Assembly: GCF_009834535.1 (NCBI RefSeq)
Contig: NC_045696.1
Coordinates: forward strand, 5,892,001 to 5,956,000
Direction of reading: 5' to 3'
Length of the DNA stretch: 64,000 bases
Origin: Camelus ferus
Taxonomy: Eukaryota
Positions 61,574 through 64,000 of the stretch are shown here, piece by piece; the first letter of the stretch is position 1, and every line of letters starts with the position of its first letter. The notes under the pieces were generated by a model. It was not told the DNA's origin, ran no database searches, and was given only the letters and a program-made list of their open reading frames with translations. Position numbers and translations under genes: made by a program.

Positions 61574-61805
61574 TTTTTATTTTTTAATTGAAGTATAGTC
61601 AGTTACAATGTGTCAGTTTCTGGTGTACAACATAATGTTTCAGTCATACATACATATATATATATACACACACACATATTCATTTTCATATTATTTTTCA
61701 TTGTAGATTACTACAAGATATTGAATACAGTTCCCTGTGCTATGCAGAAATTTGTTTTTTTAAATCTGTTTTATATATAATAGTTAATATTTGCAAATCT
61801 CAAAC
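61574..61805 (-). mobile_element. Short L1 3' end (camelid-type variant)
   Basis: ttgaagtatagtcagttacaatgtgtcag; outer TSD tcagaggggtacttt (61401-61415) / tcagaggggcacttt (61806-61820). Confidence 0.92.
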
Positions 61806-62864
61806 TCAGAGGGGCACTTTCTGCAGCCTCGTGGGTACCAAATGCGTCCAGCAATGTGGTCTGCAGTCACAGGGAGTCTTCTGTTACCTAGACCCCCAGA
61901 CACAGGACAACAGGCAGAGGGGTCTCCTGGTGGCCTTGAGCAGGGCCTGTGTAGACTTCCCATCCGTGTCTCACACTGTGTGGCTCCCTGGGCTGTATCC
62001 ATAATTGCTCCTGGGACCCACTCATCTAATTCAGAAGGAAGAGCTGCCCCAGACAGGTCCCCTGTGTCTACGCATTTACAGAAAGGTTCTGCTTAGCCCA
62101 ATAGGAACCAGTGGGACCAAATTTGGTGCCTGATTTTAGAGTCTTCTTTAACTGTCTTTCTATCCCTCCTGCATGGTTTCAGTAATTTAGGCATCTGCAG
62201 ATGTTCACCAGGTTTGCTGGAGAGGTGGGGGCGGTGCTGGGGAGGTTGGAGGGACAAGCCCTTTTGTCATCTAAGAAGGTTTCCTTCAGGTGGTAAAAAC
62301 GTTTCCCTTTATAATGGCTAATTGCCAAGGTTAAGGACGTGGCCACAATTAGCTGGAGGAATGTGACATGTGGGAACACCCAGGGAAGAATAAAGAGCTG
62401 GTTGCAGAGGTTGGGTAGGGATTATCTGCGCCTACTGGCTGGCGGCCCCTGGGGTGGGTGGATGGCGCCACGGGAGTGGCTTCATGGAGGCCAACCTTCG
62501 GGCTATGAAATGCAATTTTGAAAAGATAATTACACTATAATGCTGCTTAAATTTATTTCAAGAGCTTGTAAACCTGCTCACTCACTGTGTTGGAGGCTCT
62601 GCTCCATGTAGACATAAATAAATGTGGTTTTTTGGCAAGAAATGTCACCATCAATTACATAAATGGTCTAGTCTGTGTCCCTCTCTCTGGATTGCTCAGT
62701 TTGGGAGCAGTGGATTTATTGGTAGCTTGGATCCTTCCATCACTAAGAGGCCAAAGGAGTGACAAGGTGGTCCTGAGAAAGGTGACTGTGCCTCCCTGGG
62801 TACCACGTCTGCCAGGGAGCACCCCCACTGGTAAACGGCCATGATGCTTGATGAAGTCAAGGCT

Positions 62865-62985
62865 GCTTCTCAAATGTTAGTGTCCCCCAGATTCACCTGA
62901 AGAGCCTGGGAAATGCAGCTTCCTGGCCCCTGGAAGCTTCTTTCTTTGAGCACCCCAGGTGAAGCCCAGACTGAGGAACCCCAGT
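62865..62985. mobile_element. MER5-like MITE, degraded
   Basis: gcttctcaaatgttagtg..cagattcacctg..gaaatgcagcttcctggcccc..gcaccccaggtga..ctgaggaacc. Confidence 0.5.
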
Positions 62986-64000
62986 GTGGTCCCCAGGGCT
63001 GGTTTCCCCCATATGAAACCATCTGAGAGGGAACACAATAGCTCCCCCATGCTTTTGACCCCCCAACACCAGTATTATGATTGATGTGAAAATGGGATCT
63101 GTCCTGAGAAAGGTTCTACCTCAAGGTGAATTAAGGGCTAAAAGAAATACAAAGGGCCAGCTATGAAGCCAGCTGCTGTTAACAGCTTCAAGCTCCATAT
63201 AAACACTTGCCTTTGCTTGGATCTGGAGGTGTTCCCTTCATCTGGTTCATTGCATCACTATTCACTGAGCACTTCCAAGTGCCAGGTGCGGGTGACTGAG
63301 GGGTGAGCAGACCGAGCCCCCGACCTGCCCTCATGGGGCCTGCAGTCCACGGGATGGGATCCTGTCCCGAAAACACCGATCGCTTTGTTTTCCTTTCCAC
63401 GCATCCTACCTCTCTCTTCAACCCAGATATCCGTTGTCTTGCATCCATTGTGTTGCAGAGTGCAACATTTCATATGACTCTTGAAGTTCATGGTCTTAGA
63501 ATGCAGGGCTTCTGATCCAAAACGATGTGTTCCATACTGAAGTCATGCAGGAACTCAGTGCGAGTGCCCATCTGGTGGGACAAGATGTGACGCCGCAAAA
63601 ACTGGGCTCCTGGAGGAAACTCCCCACCCTAGCCCCGTCTTGAGGGCTAAACCAAAGTGAAGTGTGTCCCAAAAGGAGTGAGGGAGGCTGTGGACCGTCG
63701 CTCTGAAAACCAAGCCCCAGTTTTGGTCAGTCCAAACATAGCACCAGTGTCGAGCATCAGAAAGGTCAAGCTGGGATGTCCCCTTTACCTCATGGTGGCT
63801 TCTTACCTGGGCCAGTCTGTCCACTGCCTCCAAACCAGCCCCCAGCATCCCGGTACCCTCTAGCCTAGTTCTGATGGTTCTTGGTGTAAACACCTCTGGG
63901 TATTCAGAGTCAGACTAGTTGTAGTTGCATCGTAAACCCAAAGCCTCGACTCTGAACGTAAGCAGTGTAATAAAGACCAGGAAAAGTAAGGGCAGAGACT

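Noticed and set aside
1..64000. CRISPR array, prokaryotic operon or intact retroviral genes
   Set aside because: No regularly spaced repeats, no long credible coding ORFs and no gag/pol/env remnants recognised; the sequence is typical mammalian non-coding DNA.

Overview
Mammalian non-coding DNA. It is most likely camelid (Camelus/Vicugna/Lama), judged from three copies of a tRNA-derived vic-1-type SINE, cetartiodactyl-type L1 3' ends and a short Tigger1 deletion derivative. I cannot support any protein-coding gene, structural RNA gene or CRISPR array. The only recognisable peptides in the ORF track are decayed L1 ORF2 C-termini. The window is a GC-rich, probably intergenic mosaic of transposon fossils: about 13 short lineage-type L1 3' ends, older L1M/L2/MIR copies, 9 MLT1 solo LTRs, one complete and one partial MER41-like ERV1 LTR, and the DNA transposons MER53, MER91, MER5, MER119 and Tigger1. 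It also has an orphan CpG island with two TATAAAG boxes (31.5-32.0 kb) and motif clusters that suggest enhancers. The most notable observations are (1) a MER53 hairpin whose two arms changed symmetrically, (2) a strong one-directional A/T-versus-G/C difference between two copies of the same LTR, and (3) the orphan CpG island with a nearby ETS/RUNX/STAT motif cluster. I found no evidence for a new multi-gene system. Repeat subfamily names come from remembered consensus sequences and boundaries are approximate; a RepeatMasker/Dfam run is needed to confirm them.
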